64,000 nucleotides of DNA from Mobula hypostoma (lineage: Eukaryota): NCBI RefSeq assembly GCF_963921235.1, contig NC_086109.1, positions 6,450,001-6,514,000 of the forward strand. The letters are read 5' to 3'. Of the stretch, positions 1 through 15,400 are shown piece after piece (positions within the stretch are counted from its first letter, which is position 1; each line of letters begins with the position of its first letter). The notes below the pieces were generated by a model that worked only from the letters and a program-made list of their open reading frames with translations, searched no databases and was not told where the DNA came from. The position numbers and the translations under genes were made by a program.

Positions 1-356
1 CATAGGAACGCTCTACCTTCGGATAGCGGGGGAAACCTGTACATTGAAACGTAGTAAAATGCATCAATGTGCAACACAGTCCAAGGACATGCTGGGGGCA
101 CTCCATGGGAATGTGGCCATGCTTCCATCAGCAACATAGCATGCCTGCAACTTATAACCCCAACCAGAACTGTAGGTCTTTGAAATGGGGGAGGAAACTG
201 GAGCACCCAGAGGAAACCCACGTGTTCACGGAGAGAACGTGCAAACTCCTTGCAGACAGCAGCGGGCGTTGAACCCTGATCTGTGATTGCTGGCACTGTG
301 ACGTGATTGCACTGACTGCTGTGCTATCATCCCACCCGCTTTAGTTCAACCAATCA

Positions 357-1832
357 CAGTCGATTCCAGTTGACTGGGGCACATCTTTTTAAAAAAAACA
401 CACACACACACAAGAACTAATCAAGAAAACAGCTGGAATTCCCTTTGTTTATTTGGAACACTATGCTGTTTAATTGGGACAGGAGACTTGCTTTAAATAA
501 ATTTATTTAAATAAATCGCATGCACTTGCATGGCCGTTAACACACTGCACTGTGGTTAGAGCAAACAGTTTTTAAACAGCATCAGTTGCATGTGTTTGTG
601 TTCAAACAGCAGTGATTTTTGTCATGAATAGTTGGTGAGGGATCAGCAGTAAGACAATTCAGAACTGTTTTTGCTCCCTGCGTTTTCATGCATTCAGGCT
701 TGGCGATGTCAGTAATGGCCATAAGTGAAAATGAAATGGTTTCACTACTCCCAATGAGTTAGGAACTACAAAGAAGTTGAAGGTATCAACAATCTTGAAT
801 GGTACAATGAAAATTCGGACAATGCAGTCATCGATAGCACTGTATGAAGGCAATCCATTATCTACACTAGGTGTCAGTGTTGATTTTGTTCATTTATGGT
901 CAAAGAATAGTTGCAGCATACACTGGAGTGAATTCTTCTGTCAACAAATATTAGGAACCTAGAGTTTTATGGGACTGTATTAATAGTGTGCTAATTTGTT
1001 TGTATTTCATTTCAAGATGGTCTGCATCAAGACTTGCTCCTCTGCTATCAGCTAGTTGCTCGACAGCAGAGGAGCTGGGCTTGGTGCAGACTGTGTTGCT
1101 GCCTGCTACAGAAAGAGTGTCAGAGTTGGTCACAAAGGTGGTCTGCAGTCTGACCGCAAGTGATTATCTTGGACCCTTGCGAGCACAAAACCCTGTTGGA
1201 CATTGGGAATGTAAAATACTGGAAGTCTGGTTCACTGGTTTATTGACATGACTAACAACAGGGAGCTGCATGGCCTCGATTGCAGTAAGGACTGGGCTCA
1301 TGCTGTGGGTGTACATGTTGGAGTCGGCCTGGAGGGGAGATGCTGGAGGCGATGTGACAGTGTCCACGCTGGATTCGGACTGCCCGCCACCCAAAAACAT
1401 AGATCCTCCCTCGTGTTCACTCAGTGGAAGGCAACCTGGATTACATTCATGGGTTCTTTTGCAGACTGCTGAGAACTGCTTGTTCTTGCCAACAACACGT
1501 GTATCATCGGTTTACAGGACGTTTCACTAAGGGACCTAGATTATATTTTTTTTATGTGGCTGTATGGTTACTGCTGTCTGATATGTGTTATGTGCTTTCT
1601 GTTTATGATTGTTGGTATAGTGTTTTACACCTTGGCTCTGGAGTAACACTGTTTCATTTGGCTGTATTTATGAGTGGTTGAACGATAATTAAACTTAAAT
1701 ACATAATTTGTTTCTCAGTCGTTTGTATGCTTTTTTTTCAGTATTTCCATGAAACTTCGGCTAAATAGAGCAGCCGTTTAACTGGGCCAAAGTGTACTGG
1801 TCCCGATGTGTACAATCAACCAGAATATACTG
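357..1832. mobile_element. Degenerate Tc1/mariner-pogo-like element with a nested insertion (~1005-1700)
   Basis: Imperfect TIRs CAGTCGATTCCAGTTGACTGG..ACATC versus reverse-complement CAGTATATTCTGGTTGATTG.ACACATC. TA follows the right end. Confidence 0.5.
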
Positions 1833-1892
1833 TACTTAACTATACAATTCAGATGGGCTGAGTGGCCATTAGTGTTCTGTGGTTCTTTTTGA

Positions 1893-1997
<105 letters not shown>

Positions 1998-4139
1998 TAA
2001 AATGCCTTTGTTTTACAGTGGTGAGTTAACTCTAGAGATTCTCACAGCCCATGCTGTGGGAGAACTCTCACACTTTGCTAGTTATGCTTTTTTAAAATCT
2101 AATGTACAACTTGGGTAACGTTCACCATTTCCAATCATCTTGTATTGGTATTGCTCCATTCATAATCACATGCCATCCGAAACATAACTCTTGTCCTCAT
2201 AATCTAGCTCATAACCTTACACCTTATGGTTCATTTTCTCTGTAATTGTAACATTTTATTCTGCTTTCTGGTATGTTTTACCTTGTACTACTCAATGTAC
2301 TGTTGTAACGAATTGAACCTGTATGAACCATGATTAAGACAATGCACACAAAATGCTGGAGAAACCCAGCAGGTCAGATAGCATCTGTGGGGGGGGGGGC
2401 GGGGGAGAGAACAAGAGATTAACTTTATTAAGACTACACAAGACAAATTTTTTGCTGTGCCTTGGTACATGTGACAATGATAAATCTAGTTACTAGTTTA
2501 AAACACTTAATAGCCTTCAGCATAACATCTAAAACTTTGACAAACTTCTATAGATGTGTAGTAGAGAGTATATAGTCTGGCTGCATCACAGCCTGGTATG
2601 GAAACACCAATGCCTTTGAATGGAAAATTCTACAACGGGTAGTTGTTACAGCCCACTTCATCACGAGTAAAGCCCTTCCAACCATTGAACATACCTACAT
2701 GAAAAGCTGTAGCAGGAAGGCAGCATCCATAATCAGTGACCCCCACCACTTGGGTCATGCTGTTGTCTCACTGCTGCCATCAGGGAGAAGGTACAGGGAC
2801 CTCAGGACTCATACCACCAGGTTCAGGGACAGTCACTACCCCTCAACCATCAGGCTCTTGAACCAAAGGGGCTAACATCACTCAACTTCCCTTGCCCCAT
2901 CAATGCTCCCACAATCTATGAATTCACTTTCAAGGACTCTTCATTTCATGTCCTCGATATTTTTGCTTATTTATTTCTTTATTTTGTATTTGCATAGTTT
3001 GTTGTCTTCTGCCTTCTGGTTGAATGCCCTAGTTGGGCAATCTTTCATTGATTCTGTTATGGTTATTATCCTATAGATTTATTGGGTATACTCACAAAAT
3101 AATAAATCTCAGGGTTGTATGTGGTGACATCTGTATAAATTGACTGAACTTTGAACCATTGTTTCTGGGTTTGGGGGCACTCTCTTCTATGCTGGATGTT
3201 TAAAATAAAATAGGATCAATGAACCTATAAATTGTTATTTTTGATGTCAAGATGCACAGATGGCAAGTGTCAGTGCAGTGTATTCTCACTGTGAGCTAAT
3301 TCATTACCCTACCTCTGATTTGCGACTCTGTACTTGGCTATTTCAACAAAATATGTTGTTAAACAGTTTTCTCATAACCCCGCTGAGTATCCACAGGTTT
3401 TGGTAGCTGCTGTGGCTTAGTATTAGTGCATCCCTCTCCCATTCAGGAGGCTTCCCGCTCCAATTCAGGGACCAGAGCCAAGTACCAGGCTCATCACTGC
3501 CAAAGTTACAACTCTTTGCATGCACATGTCTGTACATTGCAACGGAATCATAACACAAAGGTTTTTACTCCCTCGCGTTGGGTGGATGTAAGATTTAAAT
3601 ACATTCTAAGATTGATATATATTGAGGTATTGACCTCAGACTTCATTTGGTACCTTGTTAATGTCAAAGATCCAGAGAGATTGTTTCAAAGAGCACAGGT
3701 ATCTCTCTGGTGTCTTAATGACATGGTAGTTTGCAGTTCCAAAGACTGTTTTAACATGGGACAGTAATCAATGTGTTTTACTAGTAACATGCACCTCTTT
3801 TGATCAAAAGCTGTGGTTGTGCCCCTGCCCACTTCCCCCACCCCACCTATATACTGGAACTAAGGACGCAATCCTGGGCTTGCATTCATTCTAGTGCAGG
3901 ACTGACGTTGGCTGAGTCTACAGCCCTCTGCAGCTTTTTTCCAATCCTCCGCATTGGTGCCTCCATACCAGACAGTGATGCAACCAGTCGGAATGCTCTC
4001 CATGGTACATCTGTAGAAATTTGCTGGAGTCTTTGATGTGTAGGCTGATATTCCCATGCAATGCAGCTGGAGTCGAGTACTATAAGAAAAGCCACCTCAT
4101 TGTACTCTTAAACAAGATAACTCGTGAAATTTTCCTTAA

Positions 4140-4337
<198 letters not shown>

Positions 4338-5335
4338 TAACTGCCTTGTTTTTGGGACTTGTCCTTCAGTTTTACTAAATGTGTAATTCCCATTTAAAAA
4401 ATACAAGGGTAAAATGTTTATGGAGATTGAAGTATTTTATGTCAAAGTAAGGTTTCAGAAATCCACTATTTATTTGTAGCCTGTGTTCAAATCTTTTTAT
4501 ATTTATTTGGGCACAGGGGTGTTTTCTGTTTCAAATTCCTTCACTAGGGTTTCCAACCTGGGGTGCACGGATTCCTTAGTTAATGGCATAAAAAAGGTTG
4601 GGACCCTTTGTCCTACAAATTATTTGATGAACTTGGATTTTCCTTTTCCATTTTCCCCTACCCATATAGCAGATACAGATCATTGAATAATTAGTGTTCT
4701 AAAATGCTTGAGTTTGGCTTCCCTCAACCTGCTGCTTGTAGGCTTGGAGTTGTTTCAAGCTCTGCTTCCTACTTACTAACTTGCATATTGGGTTCACCAT
4801 CACGTGCTTGCCTGTTAAAGTAGCACTTAAATTTTAATACAGGATCTTGTCCTTTCTCAGTCTGTCCTTGGCTTAATTCTCCCTCTCCATTCACTCCTCT
4901 TGAAAACAATCCCTTTTCAACCCCCTGTCAATAACTTGAATTTAATCAACCCAATCATGATGGCTCTGCCTTTGTTCATCCAAACTTCCACAGTTCTCAT
5001 CCCAAACCTCACCACCTTTCTCCTATGTTAGTATTTTGTTTAAAACCTGACTGACAAGGGTGTAGGCAGTTTAAATGGCTTGGATGAGTCCAGGGGTCTG
5101 TTTCTGTGCTGTACTCTATTTGGGTCATCCACCCTACTGTATCCTTGAGTGGTTCTGTCAAATATTTTTTCTCCTTTAATTTTGTTTTTTGTTAATGTTG
5201 TAGTTTTACATGAATATAAGTTAGTCTTTTCATTTATTGGGATGCTGTCTAAAATTTAGAACATAAAACAGGATAGTACACGCTTTTTGGTCCGCTATGT
5301 GCGCCGACCTTTTAACCTACTCCCAATATCAATCT

Positions 5336-5556
5336 TAAACACAAAATACTCTGCAGATGCTGGGTTCAAAGCAACACTCACAACACGCTGGAGGAACTCA
5401 GCAGGTCGGGCAGCATCCGTGGAAATGATCAGTCAACGTTTCTTGATAGGGCCTCTGCCTCTTCAGTCCTGACGAAGGGTTCCGGCCCGAAATGTTGACT
5501 GATCATTTCCATGGATGCTGCCCAACCTGCTGAGTTCCTCCAGCGTGTTGTGAGTG
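5336..5556. mobile_element. Fold-back Penelope-derived element with hammerhead motif
   Basis: Inverted arms. 15-bp TSD TCCCAATATCAATCT at 5321-5335 and 5557-5571. Degenerate HHR motif at 5464-5501. Confidence 0.8.
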
Positions 5557-5969
5557 TCCCAATATCAATCTAACTCTCCCTCCTACTTAACCCGCCCCCC
5601 CCCCATTTTTCTATCATCTTTGTACCTACCAAGAGTTTCTTAAATGTTACTACTGTATCTGCCTCTACCACTATCCCAGGTTCCACTCGTGTGTATATAT
5701 AAAAAAAATTACCTCAGGCCTCGTAAATAAGCAAATGTTATTGTAAAGTAAAATAAATATGACAATACTTAATTGTCATTTCCTAAAATAAAAGTTTATA
5801 TATAGATGACACGCCAAATTTGAGAAATCTTAATGGTGACCAAATGGAGCAAAAGGCAGTTGAGGTTTGTAATTGTGAATGTGTAAGATACGAGCATCTG
5901 CTCGTGGAGCAAGTTATTTACACACCAGTGGTAAAGGAGCAGGAAGACTTGAAAGTATTTAAAGATAAC

Positions 5970-6760
5970 AATTGCAAGCGGCCCAACATACTACACTTGC
6001 CCATTCACCTCCTCCCTCATCTCCATTCAGGGCCCCAATCAGTCCTTCCCTTTGAGGCTGCACTTTACCTGTGAATCTGCTGGGGTCTGTTGTATCCAGT
6101 GTTCCCGACACGGCCTCCTCTACATAGGTGAGACCTGTCGTAAATTGGGGTACCATTTCGTCAAGCACCTCCACTCCATCCGCCAATAGCAGAACTTCCC
6201 AGTTGCCAAGCATTTTAATTCCCATTCCCATTCCCACGCGTCCATGGCTGCCTCTTGTGTCATGACGAAGCCACCCTTGGGGTGGAGCAGCAACACCTTA
6301 TAATTCCGTCTGGGTAGTCTCCAACCTGATGGCATGAATATCGATTTCACCTTCCAGTAAAAAATAATTTTCCCTCCCCTCTCCCCACTTCTTCTACTCC
6401 CCATTCTGGCTGCTTGCCTCTTCTCAGCTGCCTGTCAGCTCCCCCTGGTGCTGCTCCTCCTCTCCTTTCTCCTATGGTCCATTCTCTTCTCCTATCAGAT
6501 TCCTTCCTCTCCAGCACTTCACCTTTCCCACCTGCCTGACTTCACCTATCCAGCTATCGTCCTTCTCACACCCCCACCCTCCCCCTACCCCATACCCAGA
6601 TTTTTATTCTGGTGTCTTCTCTCTCTCTTCTTTATCAGTCCTGAAGAAGGGGCTCAATGATTCTGTTCATTTCCATAGATGCCGTTTGACCTACTGAGTT
6701 CCTCCAGCATTTTGTGTGTGTTGATTTGGATTTCCAGCACCATCAGAATTTCTTGTGTTA
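5970..6760 (+). mobile_element. Penelope-like element 3' fragment (GIY-YIG remnant plus pyrimidine-rich terminal repeat)
   Basis: Translates to ..CIQCSRHGLLYIGETCRKLGYHFVKHLHSI.. (GIY-YIG-like YIGET), then LIFRLGSLQPDGMNIDF-like, then a truncated HHR motif near 6636. Confidence 0.8.
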
Positions 6761-7351
6761 AAGATAAAGATCACCTTTATTTTTCACATGTACGTCAAAG
6801 TATACTGTGAGATTGTGCGTTAAATCAGATTAGCGAGGATTGTATGAGTGGCGCCTGAAGCATGGCAAGAATAAAGCAGAACCACAACTCACTAACTCTA
6901 ACCTGTAATGTGGGAGGAAACCCATGCATCACTGGGAGAACGTACAATTTCCTTACAGACAGCGGTGGGGTGTCATGCCAGAAATCACAATCTTCTTTGC
7001 ATAACATAATTGATTGGGGTATAAAACAGCAACTGAAACAATGCTGAAAATAATTTTTTTTTGAAACAATTAAATTGCTTTTGGATTTGAGCACCCAACA
7101 TTTGGAAAGGATCTCAAAAGTCTTGAAGAAGAAGCAGAAGACATTTATTATTGAGGAATTATTGAGGAAAAATTGATTTAGTTTGCAGTCTCCCTTCTGC
7201 TGTCTCTGTATATACTTCTGCTGATTTCCCAAATAAGCATAATGTAATCAAAGCCCACCCCCCCCACACCAATTCTAGTCATTGCCTCTTCTCCCCTCTC
7301 CCATTGGACAAAGGCTTGGAAACCTATCACCAGGCTCAAGGACAAGTTCCC

Positions 7352-8210
7352 AAACAAGAGAAAATCTGCAAATGCTGAAAATCTGAGCAACACACAAAAT
7401 GCTGGAGGAATTCAGCAGGCCAGGCAGCATCTGTGCTTGATGAGACAGTCTCCAATCTATGTCTCCTTCGCTGGCACTTCCTTGCAAGCGGAACAAGTGC
7501 TACACTTGCCCCTACACCACCTCCCTTCCTACCATTCAGGGCCCTAAACAGTTCATCCAGGTGAGGCGACGCTTCACCTGTGAGTCTGCTGGGGTCATTT
7601 ACTGTGTTTGGGGCTCCTGGTATGGCCTGATATAGATTGGGAGACTGCTTCAATGAACATCTGCACTCCATCTGCTGGAGCAAACGGGATCTCCTAGTGG
7701 CTGCTCATTTTAATTCCAGTTTCCATTCCCATTCCAATATGTCTATCCACGGGCTCCTCCACTGTTGTGATGAGGCCCCTCTTAAGTTGGAGGAACAACA
7801 CCTTGTATTCCATTTGGGTAGCCTCCAACCTGATGGCACGAACAGTGCTTTCTCAAACTTCCAGTAATGCTCCCCCCACCCCCCTTCACCATTTCCCATC
7901 CCCTTTCCCCCCTCACCCATCTCCTTGCCCTGCCCATTGCCTCCCTCTGGTGCTCCTTCCCTATTTTACTTTCTTCCATGGCCTTCTGTCTCTTTCACCA
8001 ATCAATATCCCAGCCCTTTCCTTCATCCTCCCCCCCCTCCAAGTTTCACCTATTGCCTGCCGTTTCTGTCTCCCCTCCCCCCCACGTTTCAAATCTACTC
8101 CTCAGCTTTTTTTTCTCCAGTCCTGCCAACAGTTTTCAACCCAAAACGTCAACTATATTTTTCCATAGATGTTGCCTGGCTTGCTGACTTCCTGCAGCAT
8201 TTTGTGTGTG
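7352..8210 (+). mobile_element. Penelope-like fragment with inverted terminal piece
   Basis: Same GIY-YIG remnant (GDCFNEHLHSI...HLVFHLGSLQPDG), a degenerate HHR near 8118, and an inverted copy of the terminus at 7352-7435. Confidence 0.75.
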
Positions 8211-8652
8211 ACAAAACTGTTTAAACACTCTTGAACAGGCCTCTTGTACACTAGTTAACCATTCTGGCTCACTTGACAGCTAATTTATGATTTTTCTTAT
8301 GTGTTTATAAAAAAAAATGCATGGGTTAAAAAAAAAGTGACTTTATTTATTGAGATCGGCGCAGAGTTGCCCCTGCTGGCACTCTGAGTTGTGCCGCCCA
8401 GCAATCCCCTGATTTAATCCTGGCCTAATCAGAGGACAATTTGCAATGACCAATTAACCTACTAACCAGTACATCTTTGGGATGTGGAAGGAAAGGGGAG
8501 CATCTGGAGAAAGCCCACACAGTCATGAAGAGAATGTACAAACTCCTTACAGGCAGTGGCAGGAGTTAAACCCGGATCACCTGTACTGTAAAATGTGCTA
8601 ACCACTACACTACCGTATCACCTCTAGCACGGTAGCTAGCTGCTGTCTGTAA

Positions 8653-8796
<144 letters not shown>

Positions 8797-9255
8797 TAAA
8801 ATTTCAGTATTTCACAATATGTTAAACTTAAAGCAAGCTTCTGTGAAACTTGTTCTGTTTTCTAACAGTTAAATTATTAATTTCTGTAATGTCATCTTAG
8901 GATGCATATTCTGTTGTCACTAATATTTAATGTTTATCCAGCGAAAGTCAGTAACTTTGGAACTGATAATTGCAAAATTGTTATGTCCACAGAGCTATTT
9001 CAAGTGTTTTTGTGCAAATCTTGAAATAATATAGAAGTGACATAGTGATGAGGGTTGTAAAGAGAAGTGATAAAGAAATATCCTAACATTGTTGGAAACT
9101 GTGGTGTTGGATGCCTCTTTTGGAAGTGCATTGAAGTGCATGGGATTAGGTGTCATGAACTTAATCAGTTCGGCACAACACTATGGGCTGAGGCTAGTTC
9201 CTCTGATGTACAGTTCTATGTTCTGATAGATCGGTGTCAGACACGCCCTGTATGT

Positions 9256-9337
9256 CAGGGTTCCCAGACTGGGGTTCACAGACCCTTTGGTTAATGGTGA
9301 TGGGGAGGTCCATGACATAAATTTTTGGGCAACCCTG
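9256..9337. mobile_element. Very short hAT-like MITE (82 bp)
   Basis: Ends CAGGGTT-CCCA / TGGGCAACCCTG. Flanks CTGTATGT / CTATAGGT (6/8 match). Related copies at ~4545-4608 and ~60335-60385. Confidence 0.6.
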
Positions 9338-9514
9338 CTATAGGTCGATCTCTGCCGATCAAATATCTACAGACAGGCAAGCTCACAAGGTTGGCAGTGT
9401 ATTGCTGAGAGTGTGAGCTTGATTTGCAGGGGATCCAGGGTCAACATGGGACGAACTATCAGGATCCTGTGTAGCTTTGTGGCTGAACCCAGGGCACAGA
9501 GGGTAAGCCTCAAC

Positions 9515-9853
9515 CAATGTTCTTTCTAACGTGTGCAAGGGCACACATCTTTTGCTACGAGCACACATAAAGGAATTTAAGCTGCACACAAAAGGTTCTC
9601 AACCTCTACCTCATTGGCTTGTTAAGTATATTTCACGATCATACACAATCACATTTCCTCTTCCAGTTTCTGATGGGGACGGTGTTGATGACATGGAGTT
9701 TGCAATTTGTCTGAAGATTTTAGAACTAGCTTATTTATACTGTTTTTATTAGAGAAATTATTCACTGCGCACGTGTTGTTGTCACTGAGCAAAAAAATTG
9801 CACAGCACAAGATTTTTGCGCCCGGTGGTCATTACAAATTAGAGGGAACGTTG
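9515..9853. mobile_element. hAT-like MITE
   Basis: Imperfect TIRs CAATGTTCTTTCTAA / TTAGAGGGAACGTTG, with CTCAAC duplicated in the flanks. Confidence 0.55.
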
Positions 9854-10022
9854 ACTCAACTTATTTTGATGAGATGAAACTCAACAGATCTGTTCCCTGC
9901 TTCCTTTCCTGGATTCACTGGAAAATAACGTCAAAAAAAAGTGAAAAGCGTGTTGGGGGTCCATCCAAAAGTCAAAATCATCAATTGTATGGAAAATCTG
10001 GTTTGTGAACCAATGAATTTGA

Positions 10023-10382
<360 letters not shown>

Positions 10383-11594
10383 TAAGGGGAGAACATGCAA
10401 ACCACTTACAGACAGCGCCAGGAATTAAACCTGGGTTGCTAGCACTGTAATAGAGTTATGCTACTGTGCCACGTCAAGTTATAATAGTAATTCTTCATGC
10501 CTTTGAAAGTAAAAGCAGTGTAACATGGTTAAATTTTAGCTCTGCAGTTAATTACTTAGCCTTGACTTGGCCAAGTTGATGTTTTCGGGGCCATTGGTAA
10601 ACAATGGGTGAGGGTGGATGTGATTTGTCCACTTTAAGAAGGGTGTTCATGTTTGATCACAAATAATCTGAATTTTTTTTTGAGTGGAGGAGGGGAAAAG
10701 GACATCACACAGGAAGAGACCATTTTGCCCTTTCTGTCCTACCACTCAATAAAATCGCTGCTTATATTTATCTCAGCAACAGATCCCTGCACAAACCCTA
10801 TATCCCTTGATTCAGAGTCAGATTCTGATTTCTTATCACTGACATATGATGTGAAATTTGTTTTTTTGCGGCAGCAGAGGAAAGACAAATCATAAACTAC
10901 AAAAATAGTGCAAGACCAAAAGGAATAACAATGTAGTGTTTAAGGATCGTTCAGAAATCTGATGAAGGGGAAGAATCTGTTCTGAATCATTGAAGTGGGG
11001 GTCTTCGGGCTCCTGTATCCGTGTGTCCCAGATGGTGAGGGTCTTCAGGTACTTGCCTCTTAAAGCTCCCCTTGATGGTGAGGAAGGTTTTGCCCATGAT
11101 GGAGCTGGCTGAGTCACAACCCTCTTTAGTCTTTTGTGATCTGGAGCCTTCATTACCAGACACTGATGCAACCAGTCAGAATGCTGTCCACCACACACCT
11201 ATAAAAATTTGTGAGTCTTTGGTGTCATAAACTCCTAATGAAGTAGGACCACATGCATAACTTCTCTGTAATTGTATCAATATGTTGGACCCAAGATTAG
11301 TCCTCTGAGATGCTGACACCAGCATATGAAGCTGCTCACCCTTTCCTCTGCTCACCCCCTTGATGAAAACTGATGTGTGTTCTCCCAAGTTCTTTCTGAA
11401 GGCCACAATCAGTTCCTCGGTTTTACTAACTTTAAGTGCAAGGTTATTGTTGCAACACCTCTCAACTCGCCAATTTATCTCACTCCTGTCTTCAGTAGTC
11501 TTTTAATACCTAAAAACTTATGAGTAGCCTTTTATGATAGTGTCATTTATGGTGGGAGAAAATGTGATTTGAATGCTCTATTTTATTTCCCCAG

Positions 11595-11653
11595 AGCCGA
11601 CCATTTGGTGTGGCATTGCTGTTTGGAGGGATTGATGAAAAGGGGCCACAAAT
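11595..11653 (+). CDS. PSMA5: PSMA5 exon 6
   Basis: cccag|AGC CGA CCA...CAA AT|gtaag. Encodes SRPFGVALLFGGIDEKGPQ(M). 59 bp. Confidence 0.97.
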
Positions 11654-11751
11654 GTAAGCATTATTTCTATTGCATTTTGCTACCTTATTCAAGAAAGCTT
11701 CATAATATATAAGAGCAAATAATGTAATTAATCATCTCAAATTTTTCTTGT

Positions 11752-12475
11752 AGTCAAGTCAAGTTTATTGTCACTTCGACCATAAGCTGCTGGTACAGTA
11801 CACAGTAAAAACAAAACAACATTCCTCCAGGACCCTGATGCTACATGAAACAACACAAAACTACACTAGACTATGTGAGACAGCACAAGGCTATACTAGA
11901 CTACATAAAACAACATAAAAACTGCACAGGGCTACATAAAGTGCACAAAACAGTGCAGGGTAGTACAATAATTAATAATCAAGACAATAGGCACAGTAGA
12001 GGACAGATTACAATATAATAAATGATGTAGATGTCAGTCTAGACTCTGGATATTGAGGAGTCTGATGGCTTGGGGGAAGAAACTGTTACATAGTCTGGTC
12101 GTGAGAGCCCGAATGCTTCGGTACCTTTTGCCGGATGGCAGGAGGGAGAAGAGTTTGTATGAGGGGTGCGTGGGGTCCTTCACTATACTGTTAGCTTTGC
12201 GGATGCAGCGTGTGGTGCAAATGTCTGTGATGGCAGGAACAGAGACCCCGATGATCTTCTCAGCTGATCTCACTATCCACTGCAGGGTCTTGCGATCCGA
12301 GACCGTGCAATTCCTGAACCAGGCAGTAATGCAGCTGCTCAGGATGCTCTTGATACATCCTCTGTAGAATGTGAGGATAGGGGGTGGGAGATGGACTTTA
12401 CTCAGCCTTCGCAGAAAGTAGAGACGCTGCTGGGCTTTCTTGGCTATAGAGCTGGCGTTGAGGGACCAGGTGAGA
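11752..12475 (-). mobile_element. Rex/Babar-like LINE 3' fragment
   Basis: AEKIIGV...KDPTHPSYKLFSLLPSGKRYRSI...NSFFPQAIRLLN, with a (CTTGA)n-type tail. Related fragments at about 2510-3155, 10810-11490, 23290-23790 and 44625-45145. Confidence 0.8.
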
Positions 12476-15400
12476 GTGTGTGACTATAGTATTGAGCAGT
12501 TGATTGAAGATTTCACAACATGTTTTATGGCCAAATATTTTAATTGCGGTTCCCAGTCACATTCAATTTGTCAGTCCATGACCACCTCTGTGCCAAGATG
12601 AGGCCACCCTCAGGATAGAGAAGCAGCACCTTGTATTCTGAGTAGCCTCCAACCTGATGACATGAATATCAAATTCTCCTTATGGCAAAAATAAAATTCC
12701 CTTCTCCTTTCTTCTAATCTCCACTTTTCACCTGCCTATCACCCCCCCCCCACCCCTGGGTCCCATCATCCTTCCCTTTCTCCCATGGTCCACTCTCCTG
12801 TCCTATCAGATTCCTTCCTCTCCAGCAATTTACCTTTCCCATCTGCCTTGCTTCACCTATCACCTTCTAGCTAGACCTCCTTCCCCTCTTCCCACCTTTC
12901 TATTCTGGCATCTTCCCTGTTTTCCAATCCTGAAGAAGGGTCTCGGCCTGAAATGTTGATTGTTTACTCATGCCTGACTTGTTGATTTTCTCCACTGTTC
13001 TGTGTGTGATGTATAAATGTTGAAGTGGCCTCATCAGGTGCAGAACAACTTTAAGGAGTCTGTCTTGATAGTTCCAGATACTAAGCCTCAGTTTCTGTGG
13101 TGGTTCTTTGAGCAACTCTACCTCAATATTTTACATAAGTGCTTTAAACTTGGAATGTTGGTTTGTATTTGCATTTCACGAGTACCTTCAACTCTTTGTA
13201 ATAAAGTAAGACATGGAAGCAGAATTAGGCCATTTGGCCCATCGACAGAGCAGAGTCATTCCAACATAGCTGATTTATTATCCCTCACAGCACCATTCTC
13301 CTGCCTTCTCTCCATAACCCTTGACACCCTTACTAATCACGAACCATTAAATCTCCAATTTAAGTATACGCAATGACTTGGCATCTACAGACATCCAGCA
13401 ATTAATTCATAGATTCATCACGCTCTGCCAAAATAAATTGACTCCTCATCTCTGTTCTAAATGGGTGGCCTTCTATTCTGAAATTGTGCCCTCTTGTCCT
13501 GGACTCCCCCACTATAGAAAACTTCCTCTCCACCTCCACTGTCGAGGCTTTTCATGGAGTTTAGAGAATATTTCCTGATTATCCTGTCCATTTTCTTTAG
13601 AGTATTGTTATTTGGTGCTTACTGAAGTTATTCTTTGTCTCTGTTTGCTAATTAAATCTGTTCCGTTTTTCAGGCTGCTATCTATGAGCTAGTTAACATT
13701 ACACATTGTAAATAGTTGTGGCATATGTTAATTTTATAAGTTGTTCTGTGAAGCAGTTGCGTTTTATCAAGATGAGTGCACAGTGAGAGGCTGATCCAGG
13801 GTAGGATTTTACAACAAGGTAGAAGAGAAGAATTGAACATGCTTCACTTCCAGTAAAACTGCATCAAGGTCTATCACAGTGTGCGTTGTTTAATTTCACC
13901 TTTATTGTCATTCAAACCTATATATGTATACCACCAAACGGAACAATGTACCTCCTGAATAAGGTGCACAGTGCGTATAACCCACGCACAACACAGAAAG
14001 TAATATTACTACACATACATTGAGGAAAAATAAAATGTATTCCTGAAGATTGCCATTTGGCATAATGTTCATTTACAATTGAAGTTTAAAAAGTAAACGC
14101 TAATATGCTACTGTGTCTTCATAAGTGATGAGACCTGGGTAATAGCAGGAGGTTCAGTCATCTCATATCTTGGGGAAGAAGCTGTTACCTACTGCTATGG
14201 TACCTTCTGCCTGATGGTGGGGTACTACTTACAGATAGACATAGCAATATTAAGCAAGTGTCTGCTATTGTATTCAATTGGCAATTGTAATTATTCTGTG
14301 GTAGTTGTGCTGATAATCCTGTCTCTGTTACTGAATTAGCTGGGCTTGTAGGCTTTGTCTGTTTAAGAGTCTGAACAAAATTATCTTCTGAAGCACATAA
14401 TGTTACATGACTACTGTAATGCAAATAGCTAATTCAGTTATCCCCATTCCTGTGTGTGCCATAACCATGGCAGCTTTTCCCCTTCAAGAAGTTTGGACAT
14501 AGAGCTTTGTCTATGTATATAAGCTGATCGTATGTGTATATGGCCGCACTCAGTTACTTGTACATTGTTTTTTGTTTGTTTGATATGTGCCATCGTATGA
14601 CTTAGGATATCATGGTCTTTTCATGACCATGATTGTTCTTGGCAAATTTTTCTACAGCTATTGCTGCCTTCTGGGCAGTGTCTTTACAAAGATGAGTGAT
14701 ACTCGCCAATCCCTTCAGAGATTGTCTACCTGGCGTCAGTGTCATATAACCAGGAATTGTGATCTGCACCAGCTGCTCGTACGACCATCCACCACCTGCT
14801 CCCATGGCTTCTCATGACCCTGATCAGGGGTTAAGCAGGTGCTACACCTTGCCCGAGGGTGACCTGCAGGCTAGCAGAGGGAAAGAGTGTCTTGCACTTT
14901 TTTTGGTAGAGATTTATCTCCACCCCACCACCATGTGTTTTGAAGGATTGTTTTTATAGTTATTGTGTTTTTTGGGTTACTTTTTTGTGCTGCATTGGAT
15001 CCAGAGTAACAATGTTCTCCTTTACGTTGGTGTACTGAAGAATGACAAAAACAATCTTGAATCCCTGGACAGGCCATGGTGTTAGAACATAGAACAGTAC
15101 TGCACAGTATAGGCACTTCAACCCTCAGCATTGTGCCGGACTTTTAACTAACTCTAAGATCACTCTAACCCTTCACTCCCAAATAGCTCTCCATTTTTCT
15201 TTCATCTATGTGCCTACCCAGGAGTTTCTTAAATGTCCCTAATGTGTCTGCCTTTACCACCAGCACCCCGGCAACATCTTCCATGCACCCACCACTCTCT
15301 GTGTAAAAATAAAACTTTCCTTTGATATCCCCTTGTATTAGCCCTGGGAAAAGTCTCTGGCTGTCCACTCTTATCTGAGCCTCTTATCTATCAAGTCACC

